Below, in pieces: positions 7,887-17,660 of a stretch of DNA of 64,000 nt. The stretch is from an uncultured virus (IMG/VR IMGVR_UViG_3300029305_009042) (Duplodnaviria; Heunggongvirae; Uroviricota; Caudoviricetes), in IMG/VR virus record IMGVR_UViG_3300029305_009042, one strand, 5' to 3'. Numbering within the stretch: position 1 is the stretch's first letter; each line of letters starts with the position of its first letter. The notes under the pieces were generated by a model. It was not told the origin of the DNA, ran no database searches, and saw only the letters and a list, made by a program, of their open reading frames with translations. The translations under genes were made by a program, and so were the position numbers.

Positions 7887-9533
7887 ATGCCGGTCGGTAT
7901 TTCTCATATTCAGTACGGCGACCACTATCCGCTTGTGGATCCGTCGCCGGATATTCAGTTCCTCATCGCCGACATGACCGTCAGTCATGAAGATCCGCGC
8001 TTTGAGTATGACCTTCCCCTGCGGATAGCCCGCATCACGCCCAAAGGACATCTCCGGCTGGAAACCTGCAGCGGACAGCCGGTTCTGGACTCCGAAGAAG
8101 CGGAGATCCTTCCCTTCGGCGCCTACACGCTCTATACCTGGACTTCCGCTACGGTTCAGGTCAAGATGGTTATTAATAATCAGCGGAATTTCCCGGACGT
8201 TCTCCTCCCGGAACACGCCGTTCTGGACCTGCGAGCCGTTTACTGCGTCCCGCCGAGGATCCGCACGGTCAATGGACATTCCGGCAGGATAGAGATCGCT
8301 GCCGGAACCAATATCCAGCTCGGAAGCACTCCCAGAGAAGACTTCCGCAGCGAGAATCAGCTCACACTGGATGCTGTACCCGGTGCCGGAACAGGAAAAG
8401 TCACGGTCCCCTGTGAAGAGGTCGAAAAAAAGTTCCTTCTGCGCAGCATCAACGGAGTAAAGCCCAATGCAGACGGAGCTGTCTTCCTGCCTACTGTCAA
8501 CGGACAGACGTTAGCGGTCGGATGCGGGCATCTTCAGCTCGCAAACACCAATGAACCCTGCTGTACCTGCGAAGACATGACGGCTTTCGCGGAATACCTC
8601 AATAAGGTAGCCGACGCCTACCGTGAGATAGGCGGAAAAGCACGCTGGCTGCGGGAACAGCACGATAAACTCGTAAAACTGTGGCAGAGTATCCCCGATT
8701 GTACCGGCACGGCGGCTGCCAGCGTCATTGGACTGGCGCAAAGCTGTCCCCTGATCGAAGTCCGGGCGGCCATCACCAACCTGCACTCTCAGGCAGCCTC
8801 TTTCATCAAGATAAACAGTCATGCGGAGATACTGGAAGGAGAAGGAAGCCTGAAACTCGTCCGGCAGATCATCTCCAACTACCAGTTTGAGGGAAATCAG
8901 GTACCGCAGTGGGTCACGCACTATGACCCGGAGCAGAAAAAGCTGGTCCGGAGGCTGAAAGCAGTCTTCGCGTCCGAAGGAACCAAGACATTCAGCGACG
9001 TTTCTGCCGACAGCGAAGTCTACCTGCTCTGGCAGGGGCACTATGACGAGGAAACAAACGAAAGAGAAGCCGTCACGGAGGCAAATCGCACCCTGACGGA
9101 CGAAAACGGGAACCTGATCGCGGAAGGAGACACCAAAACACCGGACCTTTTCGAGAAATGGTTCAAAAACAGCCCGTTCATGGAGTGGTACTGCGTCCCG
9201 GCAGGCGAGACCGTCTACTGGCACGGCATCTACCAGATCATTCTCGACGATAAAGAGGAAACATTCTCGGAAAACTACCGTATCCAGTTCACGCTGGACT
9301 CCGGACACATCGATTTCTTCGCTCACGGCTCGGAAATACCGCTGGAATACCGGCAGCTGGGCGGTCCGTACCTCTCCGGTACCCAGAAAACTACCGTAAA
9401 CCTGAACTGTGTCATCGATGAAGACTCCATCATGGACCCGGCACCCCGAAAAGAAGACGCAGAGACCATCCGAAAGAAGATCTTCGAGATCAAGCAGCGC
9501 TACTGGCCCTGCAAAGGAGAAGAAGAGGCATAA
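7887..9533 (+). CDS. Putative virion structural (tail/baseplate-associated) protein
   Basis: RBS AAGGAGG; SINGVKPNADGAV and PCCTC motifs resemble large-phage tail-region proteins (inference). Confidence 0.5.
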   Translation: MPVGISHIQYGDHYPLVDPSPDIQFLIADMTVSHEDPRFEYDLPLRIARITPKGHLRLETCSGQPVLDSEEAEILPFGAYTLYTWTSATVQVKMVINNQRNFPDVLLPEHAVLDLRAVYCVPPRIRTVNGHSGRIEIAAGTNIQLGSTPREDFRSENQLTLDAVPGAGTGKVTVPCEEVEKKFLLRSINGVKPNADGAVFLPTVNGQTLAVGCGHLQLANTNEPCCTCEDMTAFAEYLNKVADAYREIGGKARWLREQHDKLVKLWQSIPDCTGTAAASVIGLAQSCPLIEVRAAITNLHSQAASFIKINSHAEILEGEGSLKLVRQIISNYQFEGNQVPQWVTHYDPEQKKLVRRLKAVFASEGTKTFSDVSADSEVYLLWQGHYDEETNEREAVTEANRTLTDENGNLIAEGDTKTPDLFEKWFKNSPFMEWYCVPAGETVYWHGIYQIILDDKEETFSENYRIQFTLDSGHIDFFAHGSEIPLEYRQLGGPYLSGTQKTTVNLNCVIDEDSIMDPAPRKEDAETIRKKIFEIKQRYWPCKGEEEA

Positions 9534-9536
9534 AAA

Positions 9537-10907
9537 ATGCAGGAAATCTATAATGCAGCCTGGTATGCAGGCAATGAAGAAGTAAAATACCCGCTGGACA
9601 GCAATGCTTCCGGCTATGACCTGTCCGGAAACGCGCTCCCGACCGCGCTGATCACCGATATTCGGCTGATGTCCGCTGAAAACGAGAAAATATTCTACAT
9701 TTCAGGCGTCACCTGCTCGGAATACCTGATCAGCGTCGTCATCGCCTCCCAGTTCGGTACCGAAGCAGCCGTCGCGCTGCCGCAGCCGGTCGCTCCGTTG
9801 ACCCATTACCCGCTGGAATGCTTCCACGACAGCCTGCAGGGGGTCATCGCGTTCGGGCATACTCAGGAAAAGGGGCAATGGCGCTTCGATTCCCCCTCTC
9901 AAAGCGGAATCTCCCCCTCCTGTATCGTCCGCCTGAAGCCGTGGCCTGTCCCCTCCCTCGGCATCCGGAACCATCGTCTGACCGGCGACATCGTTTTTGA
10001 GGCAGGAACGGCAGTCACCATACGAAAAGAGACGGTTTACCTCGGCGAGACCCGCGCACAGGGCATCTCCGGAGAAGGTCTGGAAGAAGTACAGGCGCTG
10101 GTCTTTCATCTGTCCCCCTCCGACACCGGAGACGGAGACCCGACAGGACCTTACCGGGGAGAATGTGACCAGCGTCCTGAGAACGGCGACTGCAACTGCA
10201 TCACTTCACTGGGAGGCGCTGTGCCGGATGAGACCGGAAACGTCCAGATCCGGCTGGTGACGGACGCCTCTGCCTCTGATCTCTACGCCTACACCGCACT
10301 CCAGTTCTTCGGAAGTACGGAAGAGAAGGAAAGATGTCAGGATAACCTCTGTCAGGGCGTCCAGCTCACCATTCAGGATGAAAAGCAGGAGCGGGAACCG
10401 ATGAATTTCGGACGCTGCGGGCAGGATCCCTGTGAAGAAACCTCGGAAGACGTCATCCCCTACCGCCTGAACCGCCCCGGCGTGCTCCCGGAGGACTTCT
10501 ATCCCCTGACCGGGACCGGTCTGAGCTATCTTTCCGGCGTCGGACTCCAAAGCGAGAGCATTGAACCGGCTGTCGCTGTCACGGATACGCACGGCAGCTA
10601 TGTTTCCGCCTCGTTCACCCGCTCTCAGGACGGAACGTGCGGTATCGTCTACGGGATCCTGAATCCGGATCGCTTCTCGCTCTTCTCCTACGACGGAGAG
10701 ACCCTGCGGTTGGGCTCCAAAACACTGCCTCTGAGTACCCGGCAGCCGGAACTGACTTTTATTTTAGCTGTTGAAAACCATCAGCTCACCGGAGAACTCT
10801 TCGCCGGACGCACTCTGGCAGGCTCTTTGACGGTCCCTGTTACCGAACTGGGACAGACCGGCGTCTATCTGCACCACAGTCTCTGTAAATCATGGAGGAT
10901 CCAATGA
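9537..10907 (+). CDS. Putative virion structural protein
   Basis: Coupled to the previous gene; related SLGGAVPDETGNV motif; Cys clusters. Confidence 0.5.
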   Translation: MQEIYNAAWYAGNEEVKYPLDSNASGYDLSGNALPTALITDIRLMSAENEKIFYISGVTCSEYLISVVIASQFGTEAAVALPQPVAPLTHYPLECFHDSLQGVIAFGHTQEKGQWRFDSPSQSGISPSCIVRLKPWPVPSLGIRNHRLTGDIVFEAGTAVTIRKETVYLGETRAQGISGEGLEEVQALVFHLSPSDTGDGDPTGPYRGECDQRPENGDCNCITSLGGAVPDETGNVQIRLVTDASASDLYAYTALQFFGSTEEKERCQDNLCQGVQLTIQDEKQEREPMNFGRCGQDPCEETSEDVIPYRLNRPGVLPEDFYPLTGTGLSYLSGVGLQSESIEPAVAVTDTHGSYVSASFTRSQDGTCGIVYGILNPDRFSLFSYDGETLRLGSKTLPLSTRQPELTFILAVENHQLTGELFAGRTLAGSLTVPVTELGQTGVYLHHSLCKSWRIQ

Positions 10908-11830
10908 AAAATCAGCTCTTTCAGGCACTCGGAGGCTTCTGGAATGAAGTTCCGGCTGTCCGTCAACTCGTTTACGCGCTGGCAGAAGTCCAGAAACAGA
11001 CCGATCAGGAAGTCCGGGAGCTGGAAAATGCGCTCTCAAGACATACGATCGATGTGTATCGGCTGAAATTCTGGTATCCGCTCGATATTGCCGAGTCCGA
11101 AACTGTCCAGACCTGGGATTCCGGAGCGGTTTTCGATGAAGCCGGACTCTTTGATCAGGCTCTCGGGACCGTCAGCGTCACGATACCGGAAGAGATCGTC
11201 TCCTTTGAGGCAGTGACCGACCGCATTACCGACCCATCGTGGGAACTGCACCCGGATACACGCTCGTTTTCTGTCCCGGCCGGTCTGAAAAGAGTCTGGC
11301 TGAAGAATGCCCGGCTCGATAAGGAGGACCTCTACCGGCAGTTCGGCTACCTGCTCGGACTGAAAACACCCTCCAGCGAGCAAAGCAAGGCATTCCTGAA
11401 TGCTCTGCTGGATGCCCTGGTCAACGGACCGTCCGCAGGAACACTGTTTCGGGGACTAAGCGCCGTGACCGGAACGGAAGTCAGTGAAAAGGACCTCACC
11501 TGGGATGTCCCTGCACTGGTTCTGGACCGGGGATACACCGGACTGTGCTGCCCGGTAACGTTCCTGAACCGTCCCTGCGCCGTCACGGTCCGTACCGAAG
11601 ACGATCTCACCCGCGCGGACATCGAAACACTCCCGAAAGAAATGTTGGACCATATCCACCGGCAGGGAATCCTCAATGCCCGCCCCATTACCGACCCCTG
11701 CGAGCTTGCCCGTATTCAGGAAATACTCAACGTGAAACTGGAAACCGTCACGCCGGAAGGTCCGGAAGAAGAAACCGAAGTCTCTTCCACAGGATTAGGC
11801 ACCTACGCCCATGTTCACCGCATGACCTGA
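10904..11830 (+). CDS. Putative baseplate-like protein, possibly truncated at the 3' end
   Basis: ATGA overlap with the previous gene; QFGYLLG...LVNGPS segment; ends overlapping the convergent fic gene. Confidence 0.45.
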   Translation: MKNQLFQALGGFWNEVPAVRQLVYALAEVQKQTDQEVRELENALSRHTIDVYRLKFWYPLDIAESETVQTWDSGAVFDEAGLFDQALGTVSVTIPEEIVSFEAVTDRITDPSWELHPDTRSFSVPAGLKRVWLKNARLDKEDLYRQFGYLLGLKTPSSEQSKAFLNALLDALVNGPSAGTLFRGLSAVTGTEVSEKDLTWDVPALVLDRGYTGLCCPVTFLNRPCAVTVRTEDDLTRADIETLPKEMLDHIHRQGILNARPITDPCELARIQEILNVKLETVTPEGPEEETEVSSTGLGTYAHVHRMT

Positions 11831-12903
11831 TCGTCCAGAAGCAGTCCTTTCCGGTTAAAGAACTCCATCATCGCCCGAAGCAGCGGCTTGCAGCCCAAAA
11901 GCTGGAGGTGATGGATCCTCCTGTTATTAATATCGCGCTTCAGCCATCCGGACTCCCGCAGAGAACGAAGCCTTCGGCTGACCGCAAACTCCGACCAGTC
12001 CGGCAATATCTTCTTGACATCCGCCGGACGTATCCCTCCTGGAACACACAGAGCCAATACCAGTATGGGAGCGCAGTCTCCCGGAGCCAGTTTCCGCAGA
12101 AGCGGAGCCAGATTCTTCCGCGCGACTTCCTGCTGTGTGCCCAGAGACACCAGTCCCCGGATATTCTGGACCAGCCCGTCCGCCATGTACCTCATCCACG
12201 CGGATATGTCTCCCCTGTCCGCCAAAGTCAGATGATGATAGTACGCTTCCCGGTCGTAACTGAAGATCACCGACGGATGAAGCGCCCAGCCGTTGACCGT
12301 CGTCAGCCCCGCCCGCGCAAGCATGGCGTAAGTCAGGAGCCTGGCTGTCCTGCCGTTCCCGTTCTCAAACGGATGAATGACCGTAAAAGCATGGTGCGCC
12401 CAAAGCGTCTTCAACAGATAAACCAGCGGCTCGCAGGGAGCGTTGATCTCCTGTACCAGCTGATGGATCCTGTCCGGTACATCCCCCGCAGAAGGCGGAC
12501 ACACATCCGCGCCCTGAATACGAACTTCCGCGCTTCTGAAACAGCCCGGATTCCTGTCCCCTTCCTCCTGAAGTCCCTCCGTCACCCGCCGATGAAGCTC
12601 CCGAATGTAGCCTACGTCCAGCCTTACATCCGCCGTATCCTGTACGAACCGGATCGCGGAGAGAATATTCGTGATCTGCTTGTGCAGGTCCGTATCCTCT
12701 AGGGTCCTGTCCCTCAAAAGATAATCTGTGATGGTCGTATGATTTCCCTCTATCCGGGCGGAAGCGACACACTCCGCCATAAAAAACATCTCATGCAGCT
12801 GCGCCGCGATCGGATCCAGATCCTGAACCTCCGACCGATAAGACAACAGTTCCGACACCCGCCGAAACAACTCAAAATCCTGAAATTCCTTTACATCAAA
12901 CAT
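11815..12903 (-). CDS. Fic-family protein with probable C-terminal wHTH
   Basis: HPFENGNGRTARLL Fic motif; SARIEGN inhibitory-helix-like motif. Confidence 0.9.
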   Translation of the reverse strand: MFDVKEFQDFELFRRVSELLSYRSEVQDLDPIAAQLHEMFFMAECVASARIEGNHTTITDYLLRDRTLEDTDLHKQITNILSAIRFVQDTADVRLDVGYIRELHRRVTEGLQEEGDRNPGCFRSAEVRIQGADVCPPSAGDVPDRIHQLVQEINAPCEPLVYLLKTLWAHHAFTVIHPFENGNGRTARLLTYAMLARAGLTTVNGWALHPSVIFSYDREAYYHHLTLADRGDISAWMRYMADGLVQNIRGLVSLGTQQEVARKNLAPLLRKLAPGDCAPILVLALCVPGGIRPADVKKILPDWSEFAVSRRLRSLRESGWLKRDINNRRIHHLQLLGCKPLLRAMMEFFNRKGLLLDDQVMR

Positions 12904-12956
12904 GATCCCCTCCCTTCCTGATTATAGCGGGAAGACAATAAATTACAAGGGGGTAG

Positions 12957-13067
12957 AAACTTGCGCCGGCGCAAATAAAAACTTGCGCCCGTTTCCGACT
13001 ATGTTCCCTGTTCTACGATACTTCCGAGAAATAGAGTGCAAGTTTCTTCCAGCGGGAGCGCAAGTTT
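12957..13067. repeat. Symmetric array of four AAACTTGCRC boxes
   Basis: Direct copies at 12957 and 12979, inverted copies at 13036 and 13058; each pair is 22 bp apart. Confidence 0.8.
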
Positions 13068-13084
13068 TTGAAGTTCCAACAGCT

Positions 13085-13124
13085 AAAAAAAAGACCCGCG
13101 GACCATACGGTGCGAGTCTTTTTT
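13085..13124. terminator. Bidirectional terminator-like hairpin
   Basis: A-run, AAGACCCGC/GCGAGTCTT stem, T-run. Confidence 0.6.
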
Positions 13125-13126
13125 CC

Positions 13127-13366
13127 TCAGTCCAAAGTGTCTTTCCACTTCAGACTGTTTCCCTGCGCTGTCAGGTCGAGGTCCTCCTGGCGGAGTTCCT
13201 CGACCCAGTCTTCTGACAACTCAAACGTATCCCATGACGCGACGTCGAAAGAGTCTTCCGCCTCCTTCTCCGCCTCCACCGTCAGGGTAAAATCACCCTG
13301 ACGGATTTCTTCGATCCACTCCTCGTCGAGGACTGAAAGATTGAAATTATTGTTATTTTTGTTCAT
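13127..13366 (-). CDS. Small acidic hypothetical protein with internal duplication
   Basis: EEWIEEIRQGD and EDWVEELRQED repeats; RBS present. Confidence 0.6.
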   Translation of the reverse strand: MNKNNNNFNLSVLDEEWIEEIRQGDFTLTVEAEKEAEDSFDVASWDTFELSEDWVEELRQEDLDLTAQGNSLKWKDTLD

Positions 13367-13413
13367 GTTTCTCTCCTTATAAAAAACAGGCAGCCCGCGC
13401 GGACTGCCTTCTC

Positions 13414-13463
13414 TGAAAACAAAAACCGGAACTTCTATACCGCCCCGGGGACAGGCGGTCTCT
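13414..13463. repeat. Intergenic module A, copy 1
   Basis: First 35 bp identical to 14149-14183. Confidence 0.85.
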
Positions 13464-13464
13464 T

Positions 13465-13695
13465 TTACTTCAGCGGGCTGTCATTCCAGCCCAGAACACG
13501 AACTCCTCGCGCTATGCCGCCGGTCAGCGGATAGCACAAGGCGGCCCGAAGCCCTGGGCGGTTTCGGGTCGCCGCTATAACAATAAGCAGCAGCCCGAAC
13601 AAAAGCCACATAGCCAACAACACGCTGCTGACCCAAAACAAGGTCCACAGCGTGGAACCGACCCAGCACAGGCTGGATACAAGCATCTCTTTCAT
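13465..13695 (-). CDS. Small membrane protein
   Basis: Long hydrophobic segment; RBS GGAGGA. Confidence 0.55.
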   Translation of the reverse strand: MKEMLVSSLCWVGSTLWTLFWVSSVLLAMWLLFGLLLIVIAATRNRPGLRAALCYPLTGGIARGVRVLGWNDSPLK

Positions 13696-13697
13696 TG

Positions 13698-14021
13698 TTA
13701 CTCCTCCGGTTCGTTACACTTGGGATGCCGCACATACCGGCGTATCACTCGAAGCGACAGACGGCGCAATTCCGCCTCCCCGGCATCACCGGGATTCTCC
13801 CGATGCCACCGCTCTGCGCAACGGCGGTACGCCTGATGTGCCTGTTCCCAGGCATTCAATGCACCCCTCTGTTCCGCCTGGTACGGCGTATCTCCTGTCT
13901 GGAGATACCCTGCCATCCGGCGGTCGCTCTGATATTCCTGGTCCGACTGCCACCAGTCGTCCAGCGTTTTCAGGTTCGGTGTGCATTCGGTAGCCAGCAG
14001 ATAATCTCGCACCTCAAACAT
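13698..14021 (-). CDS. Hypothetical protein
   Basis: 107-aa ORF with RBS. Confidence 0.6.
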   Translation of the reverse strand: MFEVRDYLLATECTPNLKTLDDWWQSDQEYQSDRRMAGYLQTGDTPYQAEQRGALNAWEQAHQAYRRCAERWHRENPGDAGEAELRRLSLRVIRRYVRHPKCNEPEE

Positions 14022-14045
14022 TTTATTTCCTTTCAGTAAAAATCA

Positions 14046-14145
14046 GCGGAGTTAAAACACTTAACTCCTTTTACTCACGATATATGCCCCCAAAACCCGC
14101 ATTTTTAAGCAAAAAAAGGGAGCAGACCAAAGCCCGCTCCCTCCT
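14046..14145. repeat. Intergenic module B, copy 1 (terminator + promoter-like motif + palindrome)
   Basis: Near-identical to 15117-15216; contains GGAGTTAA-AACAC-TTAACTCC and a GGGAGC/GCTCCC hairpin. Confidence 0.85.
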
Positions 14146-14148
14146 ATT

Positions 14149-14198
14149 TGAAAACAAAAACCGGAACTTCTATACCGCCCCGGATACTGGCGGTCTCT
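14149..14198. repeat. Intergenic module A, copy 2
   Basis: Matches 13414-13463. Confidence 0.85.
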
Positions 14199-14203
14199 CG
14201 GTC

Positions 14204-15088
14204 CTACTCGAATGCGGGACAATCCGAAAATGCCCCGTATTCGAGTTTCACGCCGGCGGGGAGTCTCACGTCCGTGAGACGGAAACAGCTGTAGAAGGCT
14301 ACACCCTTGATCCTCGTCACACTGTCGGGGATCGTCACAGACGTGAGCCTCGTACAGCCGGCGAACGCGGCCATGCCGATGCTCGTCACGCCGTCGGGGA
14401 TCGTCACCGACGTGAGGCTACGGCAGTCTTGGAACGCGAAGCTGCTGATCCGCGTAACGCCCACGGGAATCGTCACCGACGTGAGGCTCTCACAGAAGAA
14501 GAACGCCCGAGCTCCAATGCTCGTCACGCCGGCGGGGATCTTCACGGACGTGAGGTTGGCGCAGCAGCTGAATGCCCCCGCCCCAATGCTCGTCACACTG
14601 TCGGGGATCGTCACCGACGTGAGGCTACGGCAGCCGCTGAACGCTTCATCTCCGATATGCGTAACCCCTTCCGGGATCACATATTCGTCACCCGGTTTCC
14701 CGGGCGGGACCTGAATGAGCGTTTTCCCGTCTGCGGAAAACAGGACTCCATCCACGCTCTTGAAATGCGTATTGCCCGCGGAGACTTGGATCTCGGTCAG
14801 TTTCCAACAGTGCGGAAACAAATCCTTCCCAACACTCGTCACGCTAGCAGGGATCGTCACAGACGTGAGACTCTTACACCCGTCGAACGCGCGATCTCCA
14901 ATGCTCGTCACGCTGTTGGGGATCACTACCAACTCGAGGTCCTCGCAGAGCCAGAATGCCTGGCTCTGGATACTTGTCACACCGTCCGGGATGGTGTAAC
15001 TCGTCTTCTCCTGTGCAACTCTCACAAGAGTACTGCCGTCGCCCGACAGCAGTACACCATTCACGTCTTTCATGTTTTCTTTTTTCAT
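14204..15088 (-). CDS. BspA-type leucine-rich-repeat (LRR_5) protein
   Basis: 23-aa repeats LTSVTIPxxVTSIGxxAFxxC. Confidence 0.92.
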   Translation of the reverse strand: MKKENMKDVNGVLLSGDGSTLVRVAQEKTSYTIPDGVTSIQSQAFWLCEDLELVVIPNSVTSIGDRAFDGCKSLTSVTIPASVTSVGKDLFPHCWKLTEIQVSAGNTHFKSVDGVLFSADGKTLIQVPPGKPGDEYVIPEGVTHIGDEAFSGCRSLTSVTIPDSVTSIGAGAFSCCANLTSVKIPAGVTSIGARAFFFCESLTSVTIPVGVTRISSFAFQDCRSLTSVTIPDGVTSIGMAAFAGCTRLTSVTIPDSVTRIKGVAFYSCFRLTDVRLPAGVKLEYGAFSDCPAFE

Positions 15089-15116
15089 TTTTCTATTCCT
15101 TTCTTAAAAAAAATTC

Positions 15117-15216
15117 GCGGAGTTAAAACACTTAACTCCTTTTTATTCATGCTATATGCCCCAAAACCCGCATTTTTAAGCAAAAAAAGGGAGCAGACCG
15201 AAGCTCGCTCCCTCCT
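15117..15216. repeat. Intergenic module B, copy 2
   Basis: Near-identical to 14046-14145. Confidence 0.85.
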
Positions 15217-15226
15217 GCAGGAGAAA

Positions 15227-15664
15227 CTAATCCAAACCCTTTTTTCTTCGCAGTGCCAGCAGCCGCTGCAACGCCTCCGGAGGCAGATTCAGTTCTTTAT
15301 ACTGGACCGCCCGCAGTTCTTCCTGTGCTTCCAGTCCGGACATGTTGGTATTCCGGTATCTGCCGCGCGTATCGAACATCGGCAGGTAGGCTTCTCCTGC
15401 CATTTTGCAGAATTCCGCGGCATGTTCTTCCGGGATGCCAAACTCTTTCACCGCTTTTGCCGGCGGACAGCCTCTCAGTCTTCTGGCTAACCCAGCCGTG
15501 AAGACCGGAACGCCGTCATGGAACCCGTCCCGGTCACAGGCGACCCATTCCTTTTTATTAATATCAAACCTGCGGAAGTTTTCAGCCCCAGTTGTCGTGG
15601 TACTCGCTTTCCCAGTCTTCGTCATCATATCCTTCCTCGTCTTCTCCGTCCAAAAGCTGTTCAT
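15227..15664 (-). CDS. Hypothetical protein (start uncertain)
   Basis: ORF in the minus-strand operon. Confidence 0.5.
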   Translation of the reverse strand: MNSFWTEKTRKDMMTKTGKASTTTTGAENFRRFDINKKEWVACDRDGFHDGVPVFTAGLARRLRGCPPAKAVKEFGIPEEHAAEFCKMAGEAYLPMFDTRGRYRNTNMSGLEAQEELRAVQYKELNLPPEALQRLLALRRKKGLD

Positions 15665-15977
15665 CCAAAGTGATATGCAAGGGCATCAACTGATTCCGCA
15701 AAGGTCTCGCGACCACTTCCACGCACATCACGTCCGGATGGTCCTTCAGAAAGCAGTAATAACAGGGCAGCTGGACCTTCGCACCGCATTTCGGACATCG
15801 TTCCATCATCCCCGTCATCTGAAGCAGGACATACTCCGCCATCCGCGCTCCATTCTGCATCATTGAAAGCTCCGAGGCAGGAACCTGTGTTTCCTTCTGT
15901 ATTTCCTCCGCTGAAAGACCCTCCCGGATCATACTCAGACACTTATCGTACTGATCCAGCTTCATGCAAAGCCACAT
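15582..15977 (-). CDS. HTH-like plus Zn-ribbon protein
   Basis: GLSAEEIQKETQV segment; CPKCG...CYYC; acidic tail. Confidence 0.55.
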   Translation of the reverse strand: MWLCMKLDQYDKCLSMIREGLSAEEIQKETQVPASELSMMQNGARMAEYVLLQMTGMMERCPKCGAKVQLPCYYCFLKDHPDVMCVEVVARPLRNQLMPLHITLDEQLLDGEDEEGYDDEDWESEYHDNWG

Positions 15978-16779
15978 CTCCTTTTATCACACTGACCGGA
16001 ACATAACCAATGTATCTGTGGATCTTCTCAGAACCGCAGAATAACTCCATGGAAGGAAACTTCTGGACACGTGTCCCGTCCGTGAAACAGACCGGATAGG
16101 AATAGTACTCCACACGCAGTTCCGTCTGCGCGTCCAGCTCCTGCTTCAGGAGATGACACGGAGCGCAGCCCGGCAAAGTATAGACATACAATGTGTAAAC
16201 CTTCTTCGACTCCGCCGGCAGAGCCTCCGACTCCTCCTGAACTTCCAGCTCCTTCTCAAGAAGAGCAGCCTCCGGAAGAAGCGTTTCAAGCTCCTCCGAG
16301 GGGATCGGATCTACAGGCTCCGCTTCCGCCTTCGGAGGCGCCACCCGCTCCTCCTCCGGAAGAAGATCCTCTACCGGGACAGTCTCCTCAACAAGCTCCT
16401 CCGAAGCCGTCTCCTCGACAGTCTCCTCCGGCTCTATGATAGGCTCCTCCTCCGGCTCTATGATAGGCTCCTCCTCCGGCTTGTCAAGATACGCCTGCAC
16501 TTCCTCCGGAGTTACCGGACCGATCCACGTCCGATGATCCTCCGCCGACCGCATCGCCGTCACGGTAGGCATCGTCTCAAACGCGGGCACCCGGTCCTGA
16601 TACTCCGACCAGAAGAGATTCCAGTCCGAATACTCTTCAAAACGGTCAAGCAGCTCCCAGCTGTCTCCGTCATCCGGCGTGACATAAACGTAAACCTTCG
16701 GAAACTCCCGCTCCGACCGCACGGGACCTACCATGTCATAGCTCCCGGCAAGTGAGCACAGCAACAGCATCCACATCAC
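15943..16779 (-). CDS. Secreted protein with C-terminal thioredoxin/glutaredoxin-like domain
   Basis: Hydrophobic N-terminus, Glu/Pro-rich linker, YTLPGCAPC and cis-Pro-like FPS. Confidence 0.7.
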   Translation of the reverse strand: MMWMLLLCSLAGSYDMVGPVRSEREFPKVYVYVTPDDGDSWELLDRFEEYSDWNLFWSEYQDRVPAFETMPTVTAMRSAEDHRTWIGPVTPEEVQAYLDKPEEEPIIEPEEEPIIEPEETVEETASEELVEETVPVEDLLPEEERVAPPKAEAEPVDPIPSEELETLLPEAALLEKELEVQEESEALPAESKKVYTLYVYTLPGCAPCHLLKQELDAQTELRVEYYSYPVCFTDGTRVQKFPSMELFCGSEKIHRYIGYVPVSVIKGDVALHEAGSVR

Positions 16780-16788
16780 TTCCAGCTC

Positions 16789-17652
16789 CTAAACAAAAGA
16801 GTACTTTCCCGCCGTCCGGTCGCCCTGAAAACAATCCAGCGCGAACAGTTCCGACTGCGGTATTTCCCGCTCCAGCTGCTCGGCAGTACACCACGCACCG
16901 CCGTCCGGCTCGCCGTTGAGAGAAGGACGGATCCCCTGCCTGCCCCAGCTGTTCAGTCGGAAAGCTCCAGGGAACGGATCGTCATGCCAGCCAATGAAGC
17001 ACATCTCATGACCCCACTGCCCCTCCGGAACATAGACCAGATGATGATCCTTCTCCACGACCTTGAAACCCCACTGCGACCCGATAATTACGGGACATTT
17101 GTTAAGCAGTGCCTCCCGAAGCTGCTCCACGCTGGTGATCTTTGAGGCGGATTTGCAGGGATTATCCTTCGCCAGATCATAGAACTCCTGCGGTACTCCC
17201 CGATAACCCCACCGGTCCGCAAGAGCACCGGAATAGGCAGGTACTCCCTCGTCGTCCGAGAAAAGGACGCCGTGCTTCTGAAGTCCAATGACCGCCCACG
17301 ACCCTACCGACCCGGCAGAACGCCCAAGCTCCCCGTTGCCGCACTCCGGAGCAGTACGGGAGACACCGTAAATAAAGGGAGGAAACCAGTCTTTGAACTG
17401 GAAGTTCTCGCCATGCTCACAGATGGCTACGGCAGTGAGATACTTACCCGCCTGCGCCGTAGCAAAGGAAACACAGTCACCGGTCTCCTGCGTCAGGGGT
17501 TCCAGGTTCTCTCCGTTGTTGAGCCTCTTGGTATACCTCCACAGATATTCCTCCGTGGAATTGTTGTCTCTCTTGCGAAGAGGGACAAATTTGTCACGTA
17601 AAACAGAATAGGCTTTTTCTGCTGCGTCTAAACCTAACCAGCCAGCTTTCAT
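16789..17652 (-). CDS. Papain-like (C1) cysteine peptidase
   Basis: Q-ETGDC-VSFA, WGHEM and LNSWG catalytic motifs. Confidence 0.85.
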   Translation of the reverse strand: MKAGWLGLDAAEKAYSVLRDKFVPLRKRDNNSTEEYLWRYTKRLNNGENLEPLTQETGDCVSFATAQAGKYLTAVAICEHGENFQFKDWFPPFIYGVSRTAPECGNGELGRSAGSVGSWAVIGLQKHGVLFSDDEGVPAYSGALADRWGYRGVPQEFYDLAKDNPCKSASKITSVEQLREALLNKCPVIIGSQWGFKVVEKDHHLVYVPEGQWGHEMCFIGWHDDPFPGAFRLNSWGRQGIRPSLNGEPDGGAWCTAEQLEREIPQSELFALDCFQGDRTAGKYSFV

Positions 17653-17660
17653 TTTTCCTC

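Noticed and set aside
16423..16481. 24-bp tandem repeat
   Set aside because: Encodes the EEEPIIEP linker; ordinary low-complexity coding repeat.
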